DNA of 36,156 bases from Rhodoblastus sp. GTDB taxonomy: Bacteria; Pseudomonadota; Alphaproteobacteria; Rhizobiales; Beijerinckiaceae. The stretch is from assembly GCF_041915505.1 (NCBI RefSeq), contig NZ_JAYSBG010000001.1:1-36156 (forward strand), in the 5' to 3' direction. The notes beneath the pieces were generated by a model that was not told the DNA's origin, did not search any database, and was given only the letters and a program-made list of their open reading frames with translations. The translations under genes were made by a program, and so were the position numbers. How positions within the stretch are numbered: position 1 is the first letter of the stretch; every line of letters begins with the position of its first letter. Below, one piece after another: positions 1-9,345 of the stretch.

Positions 1-883
1 CGGCGCCCACGGCGGCGGCGCCCGCCGCGACCGCACCGCCCACGGCCAGGCCGGTTCCGATCGCGGCGCCCGCGCCGAGCTGCGGCCCGCCGGACACGAG
101 GCCGTTGGCGATGCCGGGACCGAAGATGCCGAGACCCAGCAGCGACAGGGCGGCGAGCACAATCGCCATCGCATCGTCGATCGACGGCGTGGCTCCGCCG
201 AAGCCCGTGGTGAACTCGGAGAACAGGGTCGAGCCGATGCCGATGATGACGGCGAGCACCAGCACCTTGATGCCGGATGAGATGACGTTGCCGAGCACCC
301 GTTCGGCCATGAAGGCGGACTTGCCGAACAGGCCGAAGGGGATCAGCACGAAGCCGGCCAAGGTGGTCAGCTTGAACTCGATCAGGGTGATGAAGAGCTG
401 GATGGCGAGGACGAAGAAGGCGAGCAGCACCAGCACCCAGGCGAAGAACATGCAGGCGATCTGGATGAAGTTCTCGAAGAAGGACCAGTAGCCCATCAGG
501 TTCGAGATGGAGTCGAGCAGCGGCCGTCCGGCGTCGAGGCCGGTCTGCGCCACCTTGCCGGGGCGCAGCAGGTCGGTGACGGTGAAGCTCGTGCCGGACG
601 CCTTCAGGCCGAGGCCGGCGAAGCTCTCGAAGACGATGCGGGCGAGGTTGTTCCAGTTCCCGATGATGTAGGCGAAGACGCCGACGAACAGCGTCTTCTT
701 CACCAGCCGGGCGACGATGTTCTCGTCCGCGCCCCAGCTCCAGAACAGGGCGGCGAGCGTCACGTCGATGACGATCAGCGTCGTGGCGATGAATCCGACT
801 TCCGGTCTCAGAAGACCGAAGCCGCCATCGATGTAGCTGGTGAAGACCTCGAGGAAATGGTCGATGACGCCGGTTCCGCCCAC
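1..883 (-). CDS. trbL: P-type conjugative transfer protein TrbL (VirB6-like), runs off the window edge
   Basis: Own translation from GTG at 883: MGGTGVIDHFLEVFTSYIDGGFGLL...IQLFITLIEFKLTTLAGFVLIPFGLFGKSAFMAERVLG...GPGIANGLVSGGPQLGAGAA; follows trbK. Confidence 0.93.
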   Translation of the reverse strand, partial: MGGTGVIDHFLEVFTSYIDGGFGLLRPEVGFIATTLIVIDVTLAALFWSWGADENIVARLVKKTLFVGVFAYIIGNWNNLARIVFESFAGLGLKASGTSFTVTDLLRPGKVAQTGLDAGRPLLDSISNLMGYWSFFENFIQIACMFFAWVLVLLAFFVLAIQLFITLIEFKLTTLAGFVLIPFGLFGKSAFMAERVLGNVISSGIKVLVLAVIIGIGSTLFSEFTTGFGGATPSIDDAMAIVLAALSLLGLGIFGPGIANGLVSGGPQLGAGAAIGTGLAVGGAVAAGAAAVGA

Positions 884-885
884 GA

Positions 886-1257
886 TCAGCGCGCCTCCGG
901 CTTGGCGGGTTCCGCCTGAACGGCGGGCGTGGCGCCGTCGGGAGCCGCATCAGCGGGGGCGTCCGGGAACAGGGTCGTCGGCCCGGCCGGCGCCGATGTC
1001 GGGGCCGGCTGACCGAGGAAGCGCCGCCGGCTCTCGGCCCAGACCCGCAGGCAGGACGGATCGCGCGGCCCGGCTTCGCCCAGGCCGCTGCACCGCGCCA
1101 GTTCCGCGTCGAGCGGATCGCGCTCCGTGGCGGGCCGAGCCTGCGTCGCGGGGCTGTTTTGCCGGTCGTCCTTACGGGTCATCTCGATCGCGGTCGCCGT
1201 GATCGCGACCGCGACGAAGACGAGGGCGCCGAGACGCGCGAGGGTCTTGCCGTCCAT
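886..1257 (-). CDS. trbK: TrbK-alt putative entry exclusion protein
   Basis: MDGKTLARLGALVFVAVAITATAIE...ELARC...CLRVWAESRRRFLG; lies between trbJ and trbL. Confidence 0.85.
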   Translation of the reverse strand: MDGKTLARLGALVFVAVAITATAIEMTRKDDRQNSPATQARPATERDPLDAELARCSGLGEAGPRDPSCLRVWAESRRRFLGQPAPTSAPAGPTTLFPDAPADAAPDGATPAVQAEPAKPEAR

Positions 1258-1267
1258 CGCGCCGCCC

Positions 1268-2026
1268 TCAGTTGCCGTGGAACATCTGCGCGTTGCCGGC
1301 CTGGTAGCCGCTCCCCGGCGTCAGGAAGCGGCGGCGCTGTTCGCGGCCCTGCTCGGCGGCGGCGGCTTGTTCGGCCGATTGCAGCGCCTGCGCGCGGCCG
1401 TTGGCGGTGACGACGGCGGTGAGATCGGCGAGCTGCTGCGCCTGGAGGGCGAGAAGCTGGTTGCCGGCCTGCGTCGCCTGCAAGGCGCCCGTCGCCGATT
1501 GGCTGGCGCCGACGAGCGCCGACATCTGCGTGCGGTTGGTGTCGATATTGCCGACGACGGTGGCCTGAAGGCGCATGGCGTCCTGCAGGCCGCCGACCGT
1601 GTTCTGCCAGCGGGTCTTGGCGTCCGCGATCAGTTGCGCGTCCGACGCCGACATCGACACGTTGGCGTATTTGGTCTGGAACGCCTGGTCGATCTGCTGG
1701 ACGCTGTAGGCGATGTTCTGCGCCTGGGCGAGAAGCTGCTGCGTGCGCTGCACGGACTGCTGAAGCTGTTGCAGCGCCGAGTAAGGCAGGCTGGCGAGAT
1801 TGCGGGCCTGATTGATGAGCATCTGCGCTTCGTTCTGAAGCGAGGTGATCTGGTTCGTGACCTGCTGTAGCGCGCGTGCGGCGGTGAGCACGTTCTGCGC
1901 ATAGTTCGTCGGGTCATAGACGATCCATTGCGCGTGCGCGGGCGCGGTCCACATCGGGGAGAGCGCGACGGGGGCGATGAGCAGCGCGGCGGCGAGCCGC
2001 GCCGCGCGAGAGCGAGGCAGGGTCAT
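1268..2026 (-). CDS. trbJ: Conjugative transfer protein TrbJ (VirB5-like)
   Basis: Signal peptide then IVYDPTNYAQNVLTAARALQQ...GALQATQAGNQLLALQ; ATG at 2026 overlaps the trbE stop (the ORF-track N-terminal extension is spurious). Confidence 0.93.
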   Translation of the reverse strand: MTLPRSRAARLAAALLIAPVALSPMWTAPAHAQWIVYDPTNYAQNVLTAARALQQVTNQITSLQNEAQMLINQARNLASLPYSALQQLQQSVQRTQQLLAQAQNIAYSVQQIDQAFQTKYANVSMSASDAQLIADAKTRWQNTVGGLQDAMRLQATVVGNIDTNRTQMSALVGASQSATGALQATQAGNQLLALQAQQLADLTAVVTANGRAQALQSAEQAAAAEQGREQRRRFLTPGSGYQAGNAQMFHGN

Positions 2027-4461
2027 GGCAGTTTCTCCGTGAGGGTGAGCGTCGGGATGAGGTCGGCCGCCCAACCGAGGTCGCGGTGGCGCAGCCAGGC
2101 GGCGAGGAAGCTGGCCTGCCCATGTTCGGCGAAGAGCCGTGCGATCGCGGATTGGTCGGTTTTGGAGGAAGCGCCGCAGAGCGCGAGGGCGACGTCCGAC
2201 AGCCCCAGCTCGAACAGGCGATTGCCCCGGCGGCTTTGGCAGTAGTAGTCGCGCTTGGGCATGGCCCGCGCGATGATCTCGATCTGACGGTCGTTGAGGC
2301 CGAAGCGCCGATAGATTGCCGTGATCTGCGGCTCGATGGCGCGTTCGTTCGGCAACAGGAGCCGGGTCTGGCAGCTCTCGATGATCGCCGGCGCGATGGC
2401 CGAGCCGTCGATGTCGGAAAGCGACTGCGTGGCGAAGATGACGCTGGCGTTCTTCTTGCGCAGGGTCTTCAGCCATTCGCGGAGCTGGCCGGCGAAACCT
2501 TCGTCGTCGAGCGCGAGCCAGCCCTCGTCGATGATGAGAAGGGTCGGCGATCCGTCGAGGCGGTCTTCGAGGCGATGGAAGAGATAGGAAAGGACCGCGG
2601 GCGCCGCGCCGGTGCCGATCAGCCCTTCGGTCTCGAACGCCTGCACGGTCGCCGTGCCGAGATGCTCGCGTTCGGCGTCGAGCAGCCGCCCATAGGGACC
2701 GCCGATGCAATAGGCGCGCAACGCCTGCTTCAGGTCGTTGGACTGGAGCAGGACACAAAGCCCGGTGATGGTGCGTTCCTCGACCGGCGCGGAGACCAGC
2801 GAGGTCAGCGCCGTCCAGATGTGCTCCTTCACCTCCGGCGTGATGGCGACGCCTTCGCGCGTCAGGATGGCGACGATCCAGTCGGCGGCCCAGGCGCGCT
2901 CGGGAACGTCGTGGATGCGCACCAGCGGCTGAAGGCTGACGGAGGCTTCCGAGCCGTCGGAAAGATCGCCGCCGAGATCGTGCCAGTCGCCGCCCATGGC
3001 CAGCGCCGCCGCACGGATCGAGCCGCCGAAATCGAAGGCGAAGACCTGAGCGCCGGCATAGCGGCGGAACTGCAAGGCCATGAGCGCCAGCAGCACGGAT
3101 TTGCCGGCGCCGGTCGGGCCGACGATCAGGGTATGGCCGACGTCGCCGACGTGAAGGGAAAACCGGAACGGGGTCGAGCCTTCGGTCTTGCCGAAGAGCA
3201 GCGGGGGCGCCGCGAAGTGCTCGTCCCGTTCCGGCCCCGCCCACACCGCCGAAAGCGGGATCATGTGGGCGAGATTGAGGGTGGAGATCGGCGGCTGCCG
3301 CACGTTGGCGTAAACGTGCCCCGGCAGGCTGCCGAGCCAGGCGTCCACCGCGTTGATGGTTTCGGCCATCGCCGTGAAGTCGCGGCCCTGGATGATCTTC
3401 TCGACCAGCCGCAGCTTTTCGTCGGCGGCGCGCGGATCGGCGTCCCACACCGTGACCGTCGCGGTGACATAGGCGATGCCGGCGTAGTCGGCGCCCAGCT
3501 CCTGAAGCGCGAGATCGGCGTCCGCCGCCTTGTTCGACGCATCCGTGTCCACGAGGACGGACGCTTCGTTGGTCATCACCTCCTTGAGGATCGCCGCGAC
3601 GCTCTTGCGCTTGGCGAACCATTGGCGCCGGATCTTGGTCAGCAGCTTCGTCGCGTCGGTCTTGTCGAGCAGGATCGCGCGGGTGGACCAGCGATAAGGG
3701 AAGGCCAGCCGGTTCAGCTCGTCGAGCAGGCCGGGCGTGGTGGCGGTCGGGAATCCGGTGATGGTGAGGACGCGCAGATGCGCTTGCCCGAGGCGCGGCT
3801 CCAGTCCGCCGGTCAGCGCCTGGTCGGCCAGCAGGGCGTCGAGATAGATCGGGGTTTCGGGGACGCGGACGCGGTGTCGGTGGGTGGAGACGCAGCCGTG
3901 CAGGTAAGTCAGCGTCTCGCCGTCATCGAGCCAGCGACATTCCGGCATGAAGGCTTCGACCAGGCGCAGCAGCCGATCGGTGCGGTCGGTGAAGCCGCCC
4001 AGCGCCTCGTGCGGATCGAGGCCCTTCTGATCGCGGCCCTCATAGAGCCAGCTTTCCGCGCGGGCGGCGTCTTCGGCCGGCGGCAGCCAGGCGAAGGTCA
4101 GGAAGTAGCTGGACTCGAAGTGCGCGCCGGCTTCCTCGAAATCGGCCTTGCGCTCGGCGTCGACCAGCGCCGACGCGGCGTCTGGAAAATGGCTGTCGGG
4201 ATAGCGGTTGGAGGGATGGCGCTGCGCTTCGACGAAGATCGCCCAGCCCGAGCCGAGGCGACGGAAGGCGTTGTTGAGTCGGCCGGCGACGGCGACCAGC
4301 TCGGCCGGCACGGCGGAATCGAGATCGGGACCACGAAAGCGCGCGGTGCGCTGGAAGCTGCCGTCTTTGTTGAGGACGATGCCTGAGCCGACCAGCGCCG
4401 CCCAGGGCAGGAAGTCCGCGAGCCGGCTGTTCTTGTTGCGATACTCGGCGAGGTTGATCAT
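2023..4461 (-). CDS. trbE: Conjugal transfer ATPase TrbE (VirB4-like)
   Basis: MINLAEYRNK...LADFLPWAALV; Walker A GPTGAGKS; Walker B LLIIDEGW; LRKKNASVIFATQS. Confidence 0.96.
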   Translation of the reverse strand: MINLAEYRNKNSRLADFLPWAALVGSGIVLNKDGSFQRTARFRGPDLDSAVPAELVAVAGRLNNAFRRLGSGWAIFVEAQRHPSNRYPDSHFPDAASALVDAERKADFEEAGAHFESSYFLTFAWLPPAEDAARAESWLYEGRDQKGLDPHEALGGFTDRTDRLLRLVEAFMPECRWLDDGETLTYLHGCVSTHRHRVRVPETPIYLDALLADQALTGGLEPRLGQAHLRVLTITGFPTATTPGLLDELNRLAFPYRWSTRAILLDKTDATKLLTKIRRQWFAKRKSVAAILKEVMTNEASVLVDTDASNKAADADLALQELGADYAGIAYVTATVTVWDADPRAADEKLRLVEKIIQGRDFTAMAETINAVDAWLGSLPGHVYANVRQPPISTLNLAHMIPLSAVWAGPERDEHFAAPPLLFGKTEGSTPFRFSLHVGDVGHTLIVGPTGAGKSVLLALMALQFRRYAGAQVFAFDFGGSIRAAALAMGGDWHDLGGDLSDGSEASVSLQPLVRIHDVPERAWAADWIVAILTREGVAITPEVKEHIWTALTSLVSAPVEERTITGLCVLLQSNDLKQALRAYCIGGPYGRLLDAEREHLGTATVQAFETEGLIGTGAAPAVLSYLFHRLEDRLDGSPTLLIIDEGWLALDDEGFAGQLREWLKTLRKKNASVIFATQSLSDIDGSAIAPAIIESCQTRLLLPNERAIEPQITAIYRRFGLNDRQIEIIARAMPKRDYYCQSRRGNRLFELGLSDVALALCGASSKTDQSAIARLFAEHGQASFLAAWLRHRDLGWAADLIPTLTLTEKLP

Positions 4462-4475
4462 CGGCGCTCCCCCTT

Positions 4476-4748
4476 TCAGACCGTGAGGTGCGCGGGGATG
4501 CGCAGGTGGCGGCGGCCGACGTCGACGAAGAGCGGATCGCGCTTGGCCGCCCACACCGCCGCGAAATGGCCGATGGCCCAGATGGCGAGGCCGACCAGCC
4601 AGAGGCGCAGGCCGAGGCCGAGCGCGCCGGCCAGCGTGCCGTTCATGATGGCGATGGCGCGCGGAGCGCCGCCGAGCAGGATCGGCTCGGACAGCGCCCG
4701 GTGGACCGGCACGGTGAAGCCAGGCACGTCGTCGGCCACGAGCGCCAT
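4476..4748 (-). CDS. trbD: TrbD (VirB3 family)
   Basis: VPVHRALSEPILLGGAPR...WAAKRDPLF; lies between trbC and trbE. Confidence 0.92.
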   Translation of the reverse strand: MALVADDVPGFTVPVHRALSEPILLGGAPRAIAIMNGTLAGALGLGLRLWLVGLAIWAIGHFAAVWAAKRDPLFVDVGRRHLRIPAHLTV

Positions 4749-5080
4749 CAGACCAGCGCCCCGCCGCCGAACGAGAAGAACGACAGGAAGAAGCTCGACG
4801 CCGCAAAGGCGATCGACAGGCCGAACACGATCTGGATCAGACGGCGGAAGCCGCCGCTGGTGTCGCCGAAGGCCAGCGTCAGGCCGGTCGTGATGATGAT
4901 GATGACCGCGATGATCTTGGCGACCGGACCTTCGATCGACTGCAGAATGGATTGCAGCGGCGCTTCCCACGGCATCGACGAGCCGGTGGCGTGGGCGGGC
5001 GCGGCCATCATCACGGAGAGCGTGGCGACGGACAGCGCCGTGACGAGGCGACGGCGCGTTTGGTGCAGGCGTTGGATCAT
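4748..5080 (-). CDS. trbC: Pilin TrbC (VirB2 family)
   Basis: [35 protein letters not shown]...[26 protein letters not shown]. Confidence 0.93.
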   Translation of the reverse strand: MIQRLHQTRRRLVTALSVATLSVMMAAPAHATGSSMPWEAPLQSILQSIEGPVAKIIAVIIIITTGLTLAFGDTSGGFRRLIQIVFGLSIAFAASSFFLSFFSFGGGALV

Positions 5081-6108
5081 GGGGTTTCTCCTTCGGGGCT
5101 GGCGGGGATGAGAGAGGTCGCGAGGCGGTCGCTCCCGGAGGCCGGGGCGAAGACGACGGGCGTGACGCGGTAGTCGCCGTCCGGGCCGAGGCCCTCGACA
5201 CGGACGAGTTCGCAGAGCCGGCGCGCGGAGCCGCGGCCGGAGAGCACGGCGACGAGGTCGATCGTCTCGGCGATCAGCGCGCGCGGGACGGTGACGACGG
5301 CTTCCTGGATGAGCTGTTCCAAGCGCCGCAGCGCGCCGATGGCGCTGCCGGCGTGGATCGTGCCGACGCCGCCGGGATGGCCGGTGCCCCAGGCTTTGAG
5401 GAGGTCGAGCGCCTCGGCGCCGCGCACCTCGCCGACCGGGATGCGGTCGGGGCGCAGACGCAAGCTGGAGCGGACGAGATCCGACAGCGAGGCGACGCCA
5501 TCCTTCGTCCGCATGGCGACGAGGTTGGGCGCGGCGCATTGCAGCTCGCGCGTATCCTCGATGATGACGACGCGATCGGCGGTCTTCGCCACCTCGGCCA
5601 ACAGCGCGTTGGTGAGCGTCGTCTTGCCGGTCGAGGTGCCGCCGGCGACCAGGATGTTGGCGCGGGACGCGACGCCCGCGCGCAGCGCCTCAGCCTGGGC
5701 GGCGGACATGATCCCGGCGCCGACGTAATCGTCCAACGTGAAGACGGCGACGGCGGGCTTGCGGATGGCGAAAGCCGGGGCCGCCACCACGGGCGGCAAA
5801 AGGCCCTCGAACCGCTCCCCCGTTTCGGGCAGCTCGGCCGAGACGCGCGGGCTGCCGGCATGAACCTCGGCGCCGACATGGTGCGCGACCAGGCGCACGA
5901 TGCGTTCGCCATCGGCTGGGGACAGATGTTCGCCGGTATCGGCCAGCCCTTCGGACAGCCGGTCGATCCAGATGCGCCCGTCGGGGTTCAGCATCACCTC
6001 GACGACGGAGGCGTCTTCCAGAAACCGGGCGATGGCGGGGCCAAGCGCGGTGCGCAGCATCCGCGCGCCACGCGCCAGGCCCTCTGAATTGTTCTGTGAA
6101 ATCGCCAT
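5077..6108 (-). CDS. trbB: P-type conjugative transfer ATPase TrbB (VirB11 family)
   Basis: [48 protein letters not shown]. Confidence 0.95.
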   Translation of the reverse strand: MAISQNNSEGLARGARMLRTALGPAIARFLEDASVVEVMLNPDGRIWIDRLSEGLADTGEHLSPADGERIVRLVAHHVGAEVHAGSPRVSAELPETGERFEGLLPPVVAAPAFAIRKPAVAVFTLDDYVGAGIMSAAQAEALRAGVASRANILVAGGTSTGKTTLTNALLAEVAKTADRVVIIEDTRELQCAAPNLVAMRTKDGVASLSDLVRSSLRLRPDRIPVGEVRGAEALDLLKAWGTGHPGGVGTIHAGSAIGALRRLEQLIQEAVVTVPRALIAETIDLVAVLSGRGSARRLCELVRVEGLGPDGDYRVTPVVFAPASGSDRLATSLIPASPEGETP

Positions 6109-6276
6109 CCGATCCCCGATCCAGCCGGGGAGAGATCAGACGGTCCCCGGACGGGGATGATTAAAAGAGCCAGAAATCAGGCCGGCTCAACAAGGATTTG
6201 AGAGTGTAGTAGTGTAGCGTGCAAATACAGGAGAACGGCGGGATCGAGTATTTCCCTCGGATGCGATGGGCGTCTT

Positions 6277-6708
6277 TTATTCGGGATCGGCGAGCTTGCT
6301 GCGTCTTGAGTCGATGTCGCGCGACAGGTCTCTGAGGAAGCGATCCCCGGTCGCGAGTTTCCGTCCGAGTGTTTGGAGAAAGCCATCGAACCGTTCCATG
6401 CCCTTGGCCCGCGCCGACGCCTGCGCGCTGTCGGACAACGGCGGCGTGATGGTCAGCCAGAAGCGGATGAACAGCGACAGCGTCTCGCCGAGAATGGCGA
6501 CGTCTTCGTCCATGCCGTCAATCTGGCGACCGATCCGGTCCATGCGGTGAGCGAAGACCGCCTCCAGTCGTTCCGAAGCGTCAGCCGAGAGGAAGGAGGC
6601 GACGGCGGCTTCGATGACGGCGGATTTGGAGACGCGGCGCCGGAGCGCCAGGGCCTCGACCTTGGTCAGAAGTTCCGGCTCGAAATAGACGTTCATGCGG
6701 GTCTTCAT
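6277..6708 (-). CDS. CopG/ribbon-helix-helix transcriptional regulator
   Basis: RMNVYFEPELL...VSKSAVIEAAVASFLS RHH pattern; usual position between traG and trbB. Confidence 0.85.
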   Translation of the reverse strand: MKTRMNVYFEPELLTKVEALALRRRVSKSAVIEAAVASFLSADASERLEAVFAHRMDRIGRQIDGMDEDVAILGETLSLFIRFWLTITPPLSDSAQASARAKGMERFDGFLQTLGRKLATGDRFLRDLSRDIDSRRSKLADPE

Positions 6709-6719
6709 GGCCGGCCCCC

Positions 6720-8711
6720 TCACAACTCGACGCCATCGGCCGGGTCCATCGTCGCCTGCCGGGCGACGGATGTGACCTGAAGGCGAAGACTGCGGGCCTT
6801 GGCGGCGTCTATGTCCGGGTCGTCTTCAAGCAGGTCGAACTCTCCGATCACCGGGCGCTCGGGCGGCGCGATCTCCTCATGGTCCGGCAATTCCGGCTCG
6901 CGGCGGATGCCGGCGTTGGCCGGATCGGCGATCACGTCGGTTGCGCTTCTCGGCGTCGCGCCCGCGGATGTCGCCGGGATCGCTAACGCCGACCAATCGT
7001 CGGCGGGGGGCTTCGCCGACCCTTTCGTCCCTGCCGATTTCGGCGGCGGCAGGATGCGTTCGCAGAACCGCGCATCCTCGTAGTAGCGTGCCTTCTTCGC
7101 CCGCACCGGCGGCACGCCCGCGACCAGCAGCAATTCGTCGGTGGGCGGGAGCTGCATCACTTCGCCGGAGGTGAGCAGCGGCCTGGCCGTCTCCTGCCGC
7201 GACACCATCAGATGCCCGAGCCAAGGCGAAAGCCTGTGGCCGGCATAGTTGGTGGAATCGCGCATCTCGGTCGCGGTGCCGAGCGCGTCCGACACGCGCT
7301 TGGCGGTGCGCTCGTCGTTGGTGGCGAAGGCGACGCGCACATGGCAGTTGTCGAGCACGCTGTTGTTCGCACCATAAGCCTTTTCGATCTGGTTGAGGCT
7401 CTGCGCGATCAGGAAGGATTTGATGCCGTAGCCCGCCATGAAGGCCAGGGCGGACTCGAAGAAATCGAGGCGGCCGAGCGCCGGAAACTCATCCAGCATC
7501 AACAGCAGCCGATGGCGATTGGCCGAAGTCTTCAGGTCTTCGGTCAACCGCCGCCCGACCTGATTGAGCAGCAGGCGGATCAGCGGTTTGGTGCGGTTGA
7601 TGTCGCTGGGCGGCACGACGAGATAGAGGCTGACGGGTTTGTCTCCCGCAACGAGATCGGCGATGCGCCAGTCGCAGCGCGACGTCACCTTCGCCACGAC
7701 GGGATCGCGGTAGAGACCGAGGAAGGACATGGCGGTGGAGAGCACGCCCGATCGCTCATTTTCTGATTTGTTGAGCAGCTCGCGCGCCGACGAGGCGATG
7801 ACGGGATGAACGCCGGCTTCGCGTAGATGCGGCGTGTTCATCATGGCGCGCAGCGTCGCTTCGACGGGGCGCTTCGGGTCGGAGAGAAAATTGGCGACGC
7901 CGGCGAGCGTTTTGTCGGGCTCGGCGTAGAGAACATGCAGGATCGCGCCGACCAGCAACGAATGGCTGGTCTTTTCCCAATGGTTGCGCTTGTCGAGCGC
8001 GCCTTCGGGATCGACGAGAATGTCGGCGATGTTCTGCACGTCGCGGACTTCCTTGTCGCCGCGCCGGACTTCCAGCAGCGGATTGTAGGCCGACGACGCC
8101 GGATCGGTCGGATCAAAGAGCAGCACGCGGCCATGCCGGGACCGGAAACCGGCGGTCAGGCCCCAATTCTCGCCCTTGATGTCGTGGATGATCGTGCTGC
8201 CCGGCCAGGTCAGCAGCGTCGGCACGACGAGACCGACGCCCTTGCCCGATCTGGTCGGCGCGAAACACAAGACATGCTCAGGGCCGTCGTGTCGGAGATA
8301 GTCGCGGCCGTAGCGGCCGAGGATCACGCCGTCCGCACCGAGCAATCCGGCGGCCCTGATCTCATCCGGCACGGCCCAGCGCGCCGAGCCATAGGTGACA
8401 ATATTCTTGGCGTCTCGCGCCCGGATCACCGAGAGGGTGATGGCGACGGCGATCGAGATGAACCCGCCCGACACCGTGATATAGGCGCCTTCGATGAAGA
8501 TCGACGGCGCATAGGCGTCGTAGCAGTACCACCACCAGAAGAAGATCGGCGGGTAATAGACCGGCCAGCCCGCCAGCTCGAACCACGGCTGCCCGAGCTG
8601 CGCCTGAAAGCCGAGGCGCCACGCCGTCCATTCCGTCGCGCACCAGATGGCGGTGAGCACGATGGACAGGACGATGGCGACTTGTCCCCAAAGGACACGG
8701 CTTCCAGACAT
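6720..8711 (-). CDS. traG: Type IV coupling protein TraG/VirD4
   Basis: N-terminal TM segments, YGSARWA, APTRSGKGVG, DIKGEN, LLMLDEFPALG, IAQSLNQI. Confidence 0.96.
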   Translation of the reverse strand: MSGSRVLWGQVAIVLSIVLTAIWCATEWTAWRLGFQAQLGQPWFELAGWPVYYPPIFFWWWYCYDAYAPSIFIEGAYITVSGGFISIAVAITLSVIRARDAKNIVTYGSARWAVPDEIRAAGLLGADGVILGRYGRDYLRHDGPEHVLCFAPTRSGKGVGLVVPTLLTWPGSTIIHDIKGENWGLTAGFRSRHGRVLLFDPTDPASSAYNPLLEVRRGDKEVRDVQNIADILVDPEGALDKRNHWEKTSHSLLVGAILHVLYAEPDKTLAGVANFLSDPKRPVEATLRAMMNTPHLREAGVHPVIASSARELLNKSENERSGVLSTAMSFLGLYRDPVVAKVTSRCDWRIADLVAGDKPVSLYLVVPPSDINRTKPLIRLLLNQVGRRLTEDLKTSANRHRLLLMLDEFPALGRLDFFESALAFMAGYGIKSFLIAQSLNQIEKAYGANNSVLDNCHVRVAFATNDERTAKRVSDALGTATEMRDSTNYAGHRLSPWLGHLMVSRQETARPLLTSGEVMQLPPTDELLLVAGVPPVRAKKARYYEDARFCERILPPPKSAGTKGSAKPPADDWSALAIPATSAGATPRSATDVIADPANAGIRREPELPDHEEIAPPERPVIGEFDLLEDDPDIDAAKARSLRLQVTSVARQATMDPADGVEL

Positions 8712-8971
8712 GAAGGCTCCGATCGGCAAAAGAGACGGAGCCGATCAGAGAATATCCGTTCTGACGAGAAGCAATAGAAAATCCGAGGCGTCGAGGTTTC
8801 GGATGCCATGGCTGACAAAACGGACGGTTCGTGTTGTGTCGTCGCACCTCGACTACCGTCTTCGCCGGACGCGCACGCTACCGGCGTCCGCGCGCCCTTG
8901 GGGGACCGCCCAGCCTGACAAGGTCGGGGATTCAGTCTAGCTGTCACGATGAATGAAGGTGGAGCCCCAGG

Positions 8972-9328
8972 TTGGCGAGCGACCAGCGACCCGACACGGA
9001 TGATGGCGGCGCCTGGCTGCGCCGGCTTGACGGCGCGCAGGCTATTCGCGTGCGTAGCGTCATCCGCTATCTGGAGAACGGCGGCCAATTGATCGCCGTT
9101 CGCCTGGTCGAGGTCGCGGACGTTTTCTACAGCGTGTGGCTTCGGCTGGCCGACCGGCCCGGCGAGTTCCGCCTGAACCAGTTCCACGCCGACCAGCCCA
9201 AGACCTTTAAGGACGTGGCCCGAGCCATCGCCTTCCTGCGCAACGACTTCCGCTATTTCGGCGTAATCTGCGTCGCCACCGACCGGCGACAGGCCACGCC
9301 AGGGCGCAGTCTCGATCCCATGGCCTGA
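8972..9328 (+). CDS. Hypothetical protein (118 aa) at the cargo position between traG and the relaxase
   Basis: TTG start with GGAG upstream, globular-looking composition, fills the intergenic gap, convergent with the relaxase. Confidence 0.65.
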   Translation: MASDQRPDTDDGGAWLRRLDGAQAIRVRSVIRYLENGGQLIAVRLVEVADVFYSVWLRLADRPGEFRLNQFHADQPKTFKDVARAIAFLRNDFRYFGVICVATDRRQATPGRSLDPMA

Positions 9329-9345
9329 CAACCGCGCCGCGGGCA

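Noticed and set aside
1268-3622. ORF-track N-terminal extensions of trbJ, trbE, trbD, trbC, relaxase, DUF2840, ParG-like, PP-loop protein and others
   Set aside because: Arg/Pro/Gly-rich off-frame read-through over neighbouring genes; the true starts are internal and coupled to upstream stops
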